64,000 nucleotides of DNA. Source: Zoogloea sp. Its GTDB lineage: Bacteria > Pseudomonadota > Gammaproteobacteria > Burkholderiales > Rhodocyclaceae. Position 1 is the stretch's first letter. The number at the start of each line of letters is the position of its first letter. This document shows positions 29,625 through 38,213 of this stretch, piece by piece. Made by a program: the position numbers and the translations under genes. Below the pieces are notes generated by a model. It made no database searches, was not told the origin of the DNA, and saw only the letters and a list, made by a program, of their open reading frames with translations. Location: the NCBI RefSeq assembly GCF_016703645.1, contig NZ_JADJBR010000009.1, one strand, 5' to 3'.

Positions 29625-30701
29625 TCAGACGGCTTTGTCCGGCGCCCGTTCCATCACCGCGGCAAAGAACTGCCAGGCCAGACGCAGGGCATCGGGCCCC
29701 TCGGGATCGGAGAAGGCCTGCCCGGCCGCCCCGCCGCTCCAGGCATGCCCCATCCCATGCACGCGCAGCAGGCGCACATAGGTCTGACGCCCCACCTTCC
29801 AGTCCTGGCGGGTAATGCGACGCCGGCTGCCGCGGCGGATCTCGCCGCTGGCTACGCTCATCTTCGTGCCCTCGGGTAACAGGTCGGCCCACAACCCGGC
29901 CGAGGTCTCGGCGTTGGCAAAGGACACCACGGGGTCGAAATCCCCATGGATCAGCAGTAGCGGTGGCGCGGCACGTCCATTCAGGGCCCGGGCGATGGGC
30001 TCGGCATCGGGGGAGCGCCGGCCGCGCATGGTCTGCCCCGCCTGCAAAGGGGTGACCGCACTGTGGGGCGCCGCCCCCGAGTGACTGCCCACAGCAACGA
30101 AACGCTCCGGATGCTCAAGGCCGAGGGTCAGCGCCATCGAGCCCCCGGCCGACAGGCCAATCGCGAACAATGGCCCGCCGATGCGCGGATGGCCACTTAC
30201 CGCATGATCGACGATGGCCATCAGGATGCGGGTCTCCATCCCCACCCGGGCATCACTGCCGAACCAGTTCCAGCAGCGCTGGGGGTTGGCCTCCTGGGCC
30301 TGCTCGGGCATCAGCACGGCAAAGCCCCGCTCCCGGGCCACCGCGGCGCAGCGGGTGGACGCGGCAAAGGCCGCCGTATCCTGGGCGCAGCCGTGCAGCA
30401 GCAGGAGCAGTGGAATCGGGCGGCGGGTGCTCGCCCCGGTGGGAATGAACAGCCGATAGCGGCGCATGGCCAACGGCCCAAGCCCCCAGCGCCCTTCATG
30501 CCAGCGCCCACCGGTTACCGCGGCCGGAGCATCGGCCGGGGTTGCAATGCCCGACATCACATGGCGAGCCGAGCTAGCCAGGCGCCCGCCGGCGGCGATG
30601 CCCTGGCGGGTGGCGGCCTTGCCGATCTTGGTCGATTGACGCACACCGGCCCGGGTCAGCTTGAAGAGCGCGGAGACGAGGGGTGACTTGCGACGGGCCA
30701 T
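29625..30701 (-). CDS. PHB depolymerase-family esterase (LpqC-like)
   Basis: LLHGCAQ, ANPQRCWNWF, lipase box GLSAG, IHGDFD, HAWSGG. Confidence 0.85.
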   Translation of the reverse strand: MARRKSPLVSALFKLTRAGVRQSTKIGKAATRQGIAAGGRLASSARHVMSGIATPADAPAAVTGGRWHEGRWGLGPLAMRRYRLFIPTGASTRRPIPLLLLLHGCAQDTAAFAASTRCAAVARERGFAVLMPEQAQEANPQRCWNWFGSDARVGMETRILMAIVDHAVSGHPRIGGPLFAIGLSAGGSMALTLGLEHPERFVAVGSHSGAAPHSAVTPLQAGQTMRGRRSPDAEPIARALNGRAAPPLLLIHGDFDPVVSFANAETSAGLWADLLPEGTKMSVASGEIRRGSRRRITRQDWKVGRQTYVRLLRVHGMGHAWSGGAAGQAFSDPEGPDALRLAWQFFAAVMERAPDKAV

Positions 30702-30716
30702 GCGTGACTCCTCAGA

Positions 30717-32554
30717 ATCGGGATAGGGGCGGTCAGCTAACCTGACCGTTCCCCTCCCACACCACCCGGCATGCGGGTCCGCACCGGGCGGTTCGAGCAG
30801 TTGAGGTCATGAAAGCCGAGGCACGCCGAGCCGATCAAAGTAGGCAACAGGCATGGCGCGGTTCAGCAGGAAGCGGCTGTTACGCCACCACCTCCGACTG
30901 TTCGCGGCCACCTGCCGGGCGTCCGTTTTCGAGGCGCCCATTGCCTTCAGTTCCCGATATATCGTCGTGCCCCGACGCCAGTGCTTGAGCTGCAACGCAC
31001 GCAGCCGGTGACGAAGCCACTCGTCGAGTTCGCGGAACACCTTGGGCGTCTGCGCAAGTTGGAAGTACGCCTTCCAGCCCGGCATGTAAGTCCGTAGTCG
31101 TTCGGCGACCTCCGGCAGGCTGCGCCCACCCGAGCGACGCGTCATTTCCCGAATGCGTTGCTTGAAGGCTTCGAGCGCCTTTCGAGCGACCGCACACTTG
31201 ATCCGATCCCCCGTACTGTGCCACAGCTCGTAGCCCAGAAACTTGCGACCGGTCGCCGGCGCGACCGCCGTCTTGGCCTCGTTGACCTTCAGATGGAGCC
31301 GGTCGTAGCGCTTGCGCAGCCCTTTCAGCACCCGTTCGCCCGCGTTGTGACTGCGCACGTATAATGTTGCAGTCGTCGGCATAGCGCACGAACCGATGGC
31401 CACGCACCCTCCAGTTCCCGATCCACCTCGTCCAACAGCACGTTGGCCAAGAGCGGCGACAGCGGCCGCCTTGCGGCGTGCCTTCGTAGCGCTCCATGAC
31501 CACTCCGCCATCCATGATGCCGGCCACAAGGTAGCGACGGATCAGCCGCAACACGGCCTTATCCTCGATTCGTCTCGATAAGCGTTCCATCAGAATATCG
31601 TGATTGACCCGGTCGAAGAACTTCTCCAAATCCACATCGACCACCACCCGGTAGCCGTCCTGCACGTAGCGCTGTGCTTCGAGCACCGCGTCGTGCGCGC
31701 GGCGGCCCGGCCGGAAGCCGTAGCTGTGTTCGGAGAACGTCCGATCAATCATGGGCTGCAAGACTTGCAGCAGGGCTTGCTGGATCAGCCGATCCGTCAC
31801 CGTCGGAATCCCAACTCGCGCACCCCGCCACCGGGCTGGGATCTGGACGCGGCGCACCGGCGCAGGCCGGTAGCTGCCATCGAACAAGGATTCCCGAATC
31901 CGGGGCCAATGCGCTTTCAGGTAGTCCGCCGTCTCGGCAATCGACAGCCCATCCACCCCAGCACTGCCGCCATTGGATTTGACGCGTTTCCACGCCGCCT
32001 CCATGTTCGCTTTCGCGAGCGCCCGCGCAAGCAGGTCATCTCGCCCCGGGCTTCCAGTTTCATGCCGCGCCGTCCGTGCTTCATCACACACCGCTTCAGA
32101 CTCGGCTTCACCTCGCCCTCCCCGTTGCGCCCCAGTTTCCCAGGCTTCTGATGCATTGCACGTCCGAGCAACACGGCCTTCGGCCCTCCTATTCGTTCGG
32201 CCCTTCGCCCCAAACCAGCAGCTACTGCGGCCTCTGCTGACTTCTCGCTCCGGCTCAGCACCGTCGCCCTTTCAGGCACAAGGCGAGATCTCCCCAGGTA
32301 AGAACGCACTCCTTCGCTGCACAACCGCCGGATTTACGCCACTTCGCCTTGATCACGAGAGCTTCGCGGTTCATTGCCCGCTCGCCCTGCTCGGCAGCGC
32401 CTTCTATCCGGTTCTTGTTCATCGGCTCGCAGCTTATGCTCCACGCTTCCTTCCCACGCTCGGTCGCCCTCACGCAGTTGCGCTTCACTTCGTTCGCTGT
32501 GATCAACTTACGGCGGGACTTACACCCGCAGGAGTGCGCCCATGCTGGGCGCAC
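30717..32554 (-). mobile_element. Class C (IIC) group II intron, 1838 nt
   Basis: 5' end GTGCGCCCAGCATGGGCGC at 32554, 6 nt downstream of a terminator; domain V GAACCGCCCGGTGCGGACCCGCATGCCGGGTGGTGT and domain VI ending CCTATCCCGAT at 30717; internal RT. Confidence 0.93.
30807..32156 (-). pseudogene. ltrA: Group II intron reverse transcriptase/maturase, frameshifted as written
   Basis: GVDG, GIPTVTDRLIQQA, SYGFRPGR, VDVDLEKFFDRVNH, GTPQGG, RYADD, FLGY and maturase X domain spread over several frames; no endonuclease domain. Confidence 0.85.
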
Positions 32555-32560
32555 CAATGC

Positions 32561-32584
32561 AAAAAGGCCCCGAAGGGCCTTTTT
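32561..32584 (-). terminator. Bidirectional intrinsic terminator of the phasin gene (intron target)
   Basis: AAAAAGGCCC-TTCG-GGGCCTTTTT on the minus strand. Confidence 0.9.
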
Positions 32585-32613
32585 ACTTCAATCCCGAAGG
32601 ATTGATTGAAACA

Positions 32614-33192
32614 TCAGGCAACCTTGAGGGCGCTGGCAGCGGCCTTGGTGCCCTTTTCAACGTTCTCGACGGCAACCAGGGTGGCCTTCTCGACGCTGGC
32701 CTGGGCGGCAGCGGCGACTTGCTTGGCGGCCTTCTGGGCACCTTCGTAGGCCGAGCTGGCATTGGCCAGAGCGGTCTTCACGGCCTTGATGGCGGGCTCG
32801 GAGCCAGCGGGAGCGTTCTTGAAGAGGTTCTCAAGGGCGCCATCCATGTTCTTGGACAGGGCAGCGGCTTCGGCTTCGACCAGCTTGGTCAGCTCTTCCT
32901 GGGTGTCGCCACCGATCTCGGACAGGCTGCGGCCGTAGGCCACGGACTTCTCGACGGCCGGGGTCACGGCGCCCAGGTTCAGGGCGGCCAGGGCCTTCGG
33001 GTCCTTGGCGGCCAGCACAGCCTTGGAGAAGGCAACGCTGTCGTCAAAGGCGCCGCGGGCGGTGGCCAGGTTCAGGCTGGAAACACGCTCGACAGCGGTG
33101 AAGAGGGTGGTGATGAAGCTGGTGGCGGTCTTCAGACCGGCTTCAGCATTGGCCTTGGAGGCGGCGACGATGGTTTCGGGGGTAACGGTCAT
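32614..33192 (-). CDS. phaP: Phasin (PHA granule-associated protein)
   Basis: Ala/Lys-rich; TPETIVAASKAN..VERVSSLNL..KAVAYGRSL-like pattern; GGAGA RBS before ATG 33192. Confidence 0.8.
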   Translation of the reverse strand: MTVTPETIVAASKANAEAGLKTATSFITTLFTAVERVSSLNLATARGAFDDSVAFSKAVLAAKDPKALAALNLGAVTPAVEKSVAYGRSLSEIGGDTQEELTKLVEAEAAALSKNMDGALENLFKNAPAGSEPAIKAVKTALANASSAYEGAQKAAKQVAAAAQASVEKATLVAVENVEKGTKAAASALKVA

Positions 33193-33233
33193 GATGATCT
33201 CCTGAGAAAGGTTGGTGTTTCGGTATGGCTCTA

Positions 33234-33284
33234 TGTTGCACCGCAACAAAAACAATTGCAAGCGTTTTTTGTGCAACGCAGCAA
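33234..33284. promoter_or_regulatory. Two PhaR-type operator boxes upstream of the phasin
   Basis: TGTTGC-ACC-GCAACA (33234-33248) and TTGTGCAACGCAGCAA (33269-33284), TGC-N3-GCA-type cores. Confidence 0.6.
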
Positions 33285-33366
33285 AATAGTTTCGCATACC
33301 CCTGAAACCGTTCCGGACCCACTGCGAGTCCGCAGGAAATCACTCGGCCAGCAGGTCGTCACGCAG

Positions 33367-33660
33367 CTAACGCAGGCCCTCCGGCATGCACAGCGTCGCG
33401 ATGTCCCAGCCCTCGGCAATCAGGACGTCACTCAGGCATTGTTCCATCTCCGCATGCGTCCGCTGGACGGACTCCATGATGCGGGCGTGCACACCGAAAT
33501 CCTCAGTCCGCGCACTCGAGCAGGCGTACTGGTAGCGGTACAGCTCGCGCAGGCTGAAAATGTGCTGGGCCACCTGGGCGGGACAGACACATTGATAGAT
33601 CATCGCCTCCTCGATGATGTGGGCGAGCTGTGACGTGGCAAAGACCGATGGCATTTCCAT
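33367..33660 (-). CDS. Hypothetical protein (CxC motif), possibly truncated by TAG
   Basis: MEMPSVF..QCVCPAQV..MEQCLSDVLIAEGWD..MPEGLR*; GGAG RBS; frame continues LRDDLLAE to TGA at 33340. Confidence 0.65.
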   Translation of the reverse strand: MEMPSVFATSQLAHIIEEAMIYQCVCPAQVAQHIFSLRELYRYQYACSSARTEDFGVHARIMESVQRTHAEMEQCLSDVLIAEGWDIATLCMPEGLR

Positions 33661-33664
33661 GGGT

Positions 33665-34225
33665 TTACTCCTTCTCGTCAAAGGCTTCGCCGGTGACAAA
33701 GAAGTTGCCTCCGGCGACGTAGTGGATACTGCGCAATGCGTCGTCCTGGAAATGCCAGTGACCATCGGAGAATGAGGCCGGGTCGGCCCAGGCTGCCAGC
33801 ACTTCGGCAAGGAACAGGTCGTAAGTGCACTGAATATGGGGCTCTTCGATCACCCGGCATTCCAGCCAGCCGATGCACCCTGCCGGCAGCGGCGCCGCCA
33901 CCAGGCTGGCGGGATGGGTCTCAAGCCCGAGCGTGTTGAACTTGTCACCATCTCGCCCGGATGAGGAACCCGCCGCCAGTGTCTGTGCGGCCAGGCTGCG
34001 GGTCGGCAGCGCCAGGACAAACTCGCCGGACGCTTCGATCAGCTCGCGGGTGAAGGTGGACTTATCGATCACCACGGCCACCTTGGGCGGGTCGAAATCC
34101 AGGGGCATCGTCCACGCTGCCGCCATCACATTGCGTCGCCCGGCGTGGGCCGAGGACACCAGCACGGTCGGGCCGTGGTTGAGGAGACGGCAGGCTTTGG
34201 AAAGAGGGACGGGCTGGAGGGTCAT
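33665..34225 (-). CDS. Flavin reductase-like (FMN-binding split barrel) protein
   Basis: RLLNHGPTVLVSS..NVMAAAW..PLDFDPP..GSSSGRDGDKF..WLECR. Confidence 0.85.
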   Translation of the reverse strand: MTLQPVPLSKACRLLNHGPTVLVSSAHAGRRNVMAAAWTMPLDFDPPKVAVVIDKSTFTRELIEASGEFVLALPTRSLAAQTLAAGSSSGRDGDKFNTLGLETHPASLVAAPLPAGCIGWLECRVIEEPHIQCTYDLFLAEVLAAWADPASFSDGHWHFQDDALRSIHYVAGGNFFVTGEAFDEKE

Positions 34226-34262
34226 GGGACGTGACGGAAAGCCGGTAGTACGGCCCACAAGT

Positions 34263-34619
34263 CTACCCCCTCGGCGCCTCCTGACGTGAGACCGAAACGG
34301 GCTGCAGTGCAGCCTCGATCACTGCTACCGCCCGCTCCGGCCGGGCGCTACCGCACATGAACACGTCCACCGCCGCAAAGCCGTGTTCCGGCCAGGTGTG
34401 GATGCTGATGTGGGACTCCTGCAACAGCAGCACGCCAGTGACGCCCAGCCCCGGACCGAAGGGGTGGAAATTGCTGCCCACCGGCGTGGCACCGGCGGCC
34501 CGGGCGGCTTCGCGCAGCAGGGTCTCGATGGCCAGAGTATCCGTCAGGCGCTCGGCATCAACACCGTGAAAATCGGCCAGCAGGTGCAGGCCCCGGGGCA
34601 GATGGGCGCCGCCGCTCAC
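34263..34619 (-). CDS. speD: S-adenosylmethionine decarboxylase proenzyme (class 1B)
   Basis: GLHLLADF, GVTGVLLLQESHISIHTWPE (E-S autocleavage site), AAVDVFMCG. Confidence 0.92.
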   Translation of the reverse strand: MSGGAHLPRGLHLLADFHGVDAERLTDTLAIETLLREAARAAGATPVGSNFHPFGPGLGVTGVLLLQESHISIHTWPEHGFAAVDVFMCGSARPERAVAVIEAALQPVSVSRQEAPRG

Positions 34620-34780
34620 TTGTGGCCCCCGCCGCCGGACGACCAGCCTCCGGAACTGCTGCCGCTGCTGCCACTGCTCCAGCTACGGCTGCCGTCCCGA
34701 TCATTGACATGCCCCAGGTTGAAGAGGGTGACCACCGCCACCACGATCAAACCGAGAACGATGTAGTTCAGCCGTGACAT
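34616..34780 (-). CDS. 54-aa membrane peptide with Ser/Gly-rich tail (below the ORF-track cutoff)
   Basis: MSRLNYIVLGLIVVAVVTLFNLGHVNDRDGSRSWSSGSSGSSSGGWSSGGGGHK*; starts 3 nt after the DUF4178 stop; GTGA overlap with speD. Confidence 0.7.
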   Translation of the reverse strand: MSRLNYIVLGLIVVAVVTLFNLGHVNDRDGSRSWSSGSSGSSSGGWSSGGGGHK

Positions 34781-34783
34781 CGC

Positions 34784-36262
34784 TCAGTCGTCCAGTACAT
34801 CGGTGTAAACGGGGAGCCACAGGATGCCGATGGCGATGAGGATCAACACCCAGCTATACAACCCGCCCCGGAAGGCAATGGGTACATTGATCAGCAGCAC
34901 CAGCACCGTGAAGACCCAGGCCAGGGGGCGCAGCTTGCCCCGGTCCGCCGCCATGCTCGTGGAGGCCAGGGCGGCGAGGGAGGTGACCGATGGGGTGATG
35001 CGCCCCTTACCGCCGAACCAGCCATCCACGGTGGCAGCCGGCACCCGCTGGGCCAGGGACCAGCCCAGCTCGGAGGGGCTGCGCTCGCTGGTGAGGGTGC
35101 CGCGACTGCCCCGATAATCGGTGATGGAGACACTGTCACCCACCTTGACCCGCCAGTTGAAGGCGCCGGCCACCTGAATCACCCGGGAGGCGTAGGCCTG
35201 CATGCGGGTATAGGCCGCCCCTTCGTAACGCACGGCACTGGAAGAGACCGACTCCGGCCAGGTATCGAGGACCCGCACCTTGTCCCAACCGGCTGAGGAC
35301 TCCACCAGCCACAGGAAACCGGCCGTCTCGTTGAACATCAGATACTCGACCCACTCCTCCGCCTCGCCGACCTCCTGGCACTTCATCAGGCCGATCAGCG
35401 TCCAGGTCTTGCCGTCGATGCTGGCCTCCTCACCCAGGGACAGGGTGGTGACCAGCCTGGCCTCCCGGCGACCGGCATCCATGACCTCGGCCGTACCGGT
35501 GGTGGCATCGCTCTCAGTTCCGCAGGCCGGACAATGGAGGTGGGCGGCCACCGCCGGGCGCCACTCGATGGCGCCGCCACAGGCCGGGCAGGCCAGGATG
35601 GCGGCCTTGCCCTTGAGACGACCGGCGCTGCCGGCAATCTCCCCGGGCGTGCGCAGCAACTGGCAGCGCAGATCCCCCAGGCCCACCGCCTTGCCCGCAT
35701 AGCGGCGTGGCCGCGCGCCCTCGGAGTAATCGAGGGTGAGAAAGCGCACCCCCTGGCGATAATCCGCCACCTTGGCCTGCCAGCCGGGGCCGACCTGGAA
35801 AGGCAGCTCGCCCTCGCCGGCAATGCAGCGTGCGGTGCGCAGATCGGAGGCCGTGAAGGTGGCACCGTCCCAGGTGTACTGCCCGCCCGGCACGATCTGG
35901 CCGAAGGGCGGGGCGTCGTCGGCCAGCCCGGTGTCGAGGGTCACCGCGTACTGGCCGGAGGCATCCGACAGCCAGCCGGCGCTGCCATCGTCGAAGAGGA
36001 TGTACCACTCGTTCCAGAAGCCATCCTCGTAACGCAACTGGATGCGCCCGACCACCCCGAAGGCCTGGCCGGCATACATGCCCGAGGTGGTGATGCGGAT
36101 GGGGGAGTAGTCCTCCAGCACCACGGCCATCTTGCCCGCATCGCGCACCGCGTCGCCCTCCCGCAGCAAGGTGCTGCGGCAGTACTCGCACACGGCCATG
36201 GCCGAGGTGGCCGAGCGGAAGACGACCTCCGCGCCGCAACTGGGGCAGGCGAGCTTGAACAC
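34784..36262 (-). CDS. DUF4178-domain protein with zinc ribbons
   Basis: CPSCG..CEYC and CPACG..CPACG ribbons, two DUF4178-like units (W.EWYILFDDG; W.EYLMFN..GFLWL), C-terminal TM hairpin. Confidence 0.8.
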   Translation of the reverse strand: MFKLACPSCGAEVVFRSATSAMAVCEYCRSTLLREGDAVRDAGKMAVVLEDYSPIRITTSGMYAGQAFGVVGRIQLRYEDGFWNEWYILFDDGSAGWLSDASGQYAVTLDTGLADDAPPFGQIVPGGQYTWDGATFTASDLRTARCIAGEGELPFQVGPGWQAKVADYRQGVRFLTLDYSEGARPRRYAGKAVGLGDLRCQLLRTPGEIAGSAGRLKGKAAILACPACGGAIEWRPAVAAHLHCPACGTESDATTGTAEVMDAGRREARLVTTLSLGEEASIDGKTWTLIGLMKCQEVGEAEEWVEYLMFNETAGFLWLVESSAGWDKVRVLDTWPESVSSSAVRYEGAAYTRMQAYASRVIQVAGAFNWRVKVGDSVSITDYRGSRGTLTSERSPSELGWSLAQRVPAATVDGWFGGKGRITPSVTSLAALASTSMAADRGKLRPLAWVFTVLVLLINVPIAFRGGLYSWVLILIAIGILWLPVYTDVLDD

Positions 36263-36269
36263 CCGGTAT

Positions 36270-37286
36270 TTATCCGATCAGCTTCTTGAGGATCTCCGCC
36301 TTGGCGGAGTCGTAGTCGGCCTGGGTCACCAGCCCCTTGTCGAGCAGGGCCTTGAGCTTGCCCAGGCGGGCCTCCGGATCATCGGCAGCCACTGCCGGGG
36401 CAGCGACCGGGGCCGCCGCGGGGGCCTGACTGCCGCGCAGGGCATCCATCATCACCTGCCCCATGCCCACACCGGCGGCCAGGCCGGCGCCCACACCCGC
36501 CAGACCGCCCTCGTTCTGGGCAGCCAGGGGCACCGAGTTGGCCACCTGGTACTGGGTGTACTTGCCCAGATCGCCCACCATGCCCATGGAGATGCGGGTG
36601 TCGATGGCCTTCTGCAGCTCTTCGGGCAGGGAGATGTTCTCCACCGCGAAGTTGTCGAGCGTCATGCCGTAACGCTCGAAGGTGGGCGTCATGGCCTCGC
36701 GCATGCGCTCGGCCAGCAGGACCTGGTTGGCGGCCATGTCCAGGAAGGGCACATCCGAACCGCCCAGGGTGGCGCTCATGGTCGCCACCACCAGGTTGCG
36801 CAGCTGCTGCTCCAGCTCATCCACGGTGTACTCGGCACGGGTGCCGCTGATCTCGGTGAAGAACTTGCGGGGGTCGGCCAGCTTGTAGGAATACATGCCG
36901 AAGGCGCGCAGGCGCACCATGCCGAAGTCCTTGTCACGAAGGGTGATCGGCTGGGGTGTGCCCCACTTGCGCCCAAGCTGCAGGCGGGTACTGAAGAAGT
37001 AAACGTCGGACTTGAAGGGCGACTCGAAGAGCTTGTCCCAGTTCTTCAGGTAGGTCAGCACCGGGATGGTCTGGGTGGTGAGCTTGTACATGCCCGGTCC
37101 GAACACATCGGCCACCTTGCCCTCGTTGACGAAGACGGCCATCTGGGAGTCCCGCACGGTCAGGCTGGCCCCGTACTGGATCTCGAAATCCTCCATGGGA
37201 TAGCGCCAGGCCAGGGTGCCGTCGGCATCCTCGTTCCACTGGAGGACGTCGATGAACTGCTTCTTGATGAAGGATCCGATGCTCAT
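36270..37286 (-). CDS. SPFH/band-7 domain protein (YdjI-like)
   Basis: FIDVLQW, LTVRDSQMAVFVNEG, KWGTPQPI, RLRAFGMYS; C-terminal SHOCT-like LGKLKALLDKGLVTQADYDSAK. Confidence 0.85.
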   Translation of the reverse strand: MSIGSFIKKQFIDVLQWNEDADGTLAWRYPMEDFEIQYGASLTVRDSQMAVFVNEGKVADVFGPGMYKLTTQTIPVLTYLKNWDKLFESPFKSDVYFFSTRLQLGRKWGTPQPITLRDKDFGMVRLRAFGMYSYKLADPRKFFTEISGTRAEYTVDELEQQLRNLVVATMSATLGGSDVPFLDMAANQVLLAERMREAMTPTFERYGMTLDNFAVENISLPEELQKAIDTRISMGMVGDLGKYTQYQVANSVPLAAQNEGGLAGVGAGLAAGVGMGQVMMDALRGSQAPAAAPVAAPAVAADDPEARLGKLKALLDKGLVTQADYDSAKAEILKKLIG

Positions 37287-37747
37287 GCTTGCTCCCGATG
37301 TTGTCTTTCCAGGTATTCACTGACCGCCAGGCCGCTCAGGCCGAGGCTGCGGGCAATGGCGATTTCCAGTAGCTCGGTGGTCATCACCGCCCCGCAGCCA
37401 GGGCACTTGTCCCACTGTTCCGGAAAGGCCGTCATGCCATCAATCAGCCGTGGCCGTTCCCAATCGTGACCGCAGGCGGGGCAGACGCCCCGGGCCGGGG
37501 GCTTACGCAAACGCCGGATGCCATGCACGTACATGGACACCACCATGCCCCCCACCGCGCCAGCCATGATGCGCCGGTAGGCCGGGGTCGGATCCACGCC
37601 ATCAATGGCCCACCAGGCGCCGCCAAGCACCAGCCCGGCCAGCGCGCCGGTGAGTAATGGTGCGCCTGCATGGTGGCGATTGCGGAAAGCACGGGACTTG
37701 GCGTCGAGCGCCTTGCGCGCGTAGTCCGGGTCAATGACCGGAATCAC
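37283..37747 (-). CDS. Hypothetical membrane protein with C-terminal zinc finger
   Basis: GTG start overlapping the DUF350 stop (GTGA); two TM helices, then CPACGHDW..KCPGCG; stop overlaps the SPFH start. Confidence 0.6.
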   Translation of the reverse strand: MIPVIDPDYARKALDAKSRAFRNRHHAGAPLLTGALAGLVLGGAWWAIDGVDPTPAYRRIMAGAVGGMVVSMYVHGIRRLRKPPARGVCPACGHDWERPRLIDGMTAFPEQWDKCPGCGAVMTTELLEIAIARSLGLSGLAVSEYLERQHREQA

Positions 37748-38130
37748 GACATGCAGGCCGCATTCAGGATGCCGACCACCAGCGCCACCGTTCCGGCGAA
37801 GGCGCCGGCGGCCACGTTGTTGGCGGCCAACTGCTCGGGCAGGCGCGGCACCAGGCGCCCGAGGAGGACATAGGCGAGCACCTGCACCGACAGCCCTGCG
37901 ACGCTCCAGATCAGGAACAACTGCAGGCTGTCGTTGTGGAGAATGCTCGATGCCACGGTGAGGGAGAAGCCGATGACGGCCCCCCCCAGGGACAGGGCGG
38001 GCGCGACCACGCCCTGACGGATCAGGGACAATTCGCACAAGGGCGTGACCCGCAGGTAGATGTTGGCAAACACCAGCACCATGAACAGGCCGGACAGCAG
38101 ATGCACGACGTAATTGTAGAGCGGCTCCAT
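37744..38130 (-). CDS. DUF350-family membrane protein
   Basis: YLRVTPLCELSLIRQG..ALSLGGAVIGF..ANNVAAGAF..GILNAACMS. Confidence 0.85.
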   Translation of the reverse strand: MEPLYNYVVHLLSGLFMVLVFANIYLRVTPLCELSLIRQGVVAPALSLGGAVIGFSLTVASSILHNDSLQLFLIWSVAGLSVQVLAYVLLGRLVPRLPEQLAANNVAAGAFAGTVALVVGILNAACMS

Positions 38131-38213
38131 CAGCGGAATCCTCGGGGACCGGGCCGTTATTTAGCCAGCATTCCCCGTGCCCGGCAAGCGCTTTCCGGGT
38201 AGAGTCCGCAGCC

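Noticed and set aside
30807-32156. RT as a retron, DGR or defence RT
   Set aside because: Flanked by canonical group II intron domains V/VI and a GTGCG 5' end; carries a maturase X domain; no msr/msd or TR/VR repeats seen
33367-33369. Pyrrolysine or programmed recoding at the TAG
   Set aside because: No pyl genes in the window and only 8 codons follow; a point mutation or sequencing error is simpler
34630-34700. CTGCCA/CTGCTG short tandem repeats as a VNTR or CRISPR
   Set aside because: They encode the Ser/Gly tail of the 54-aa peptide; no repeat-spacer periodicity anywhere in the window
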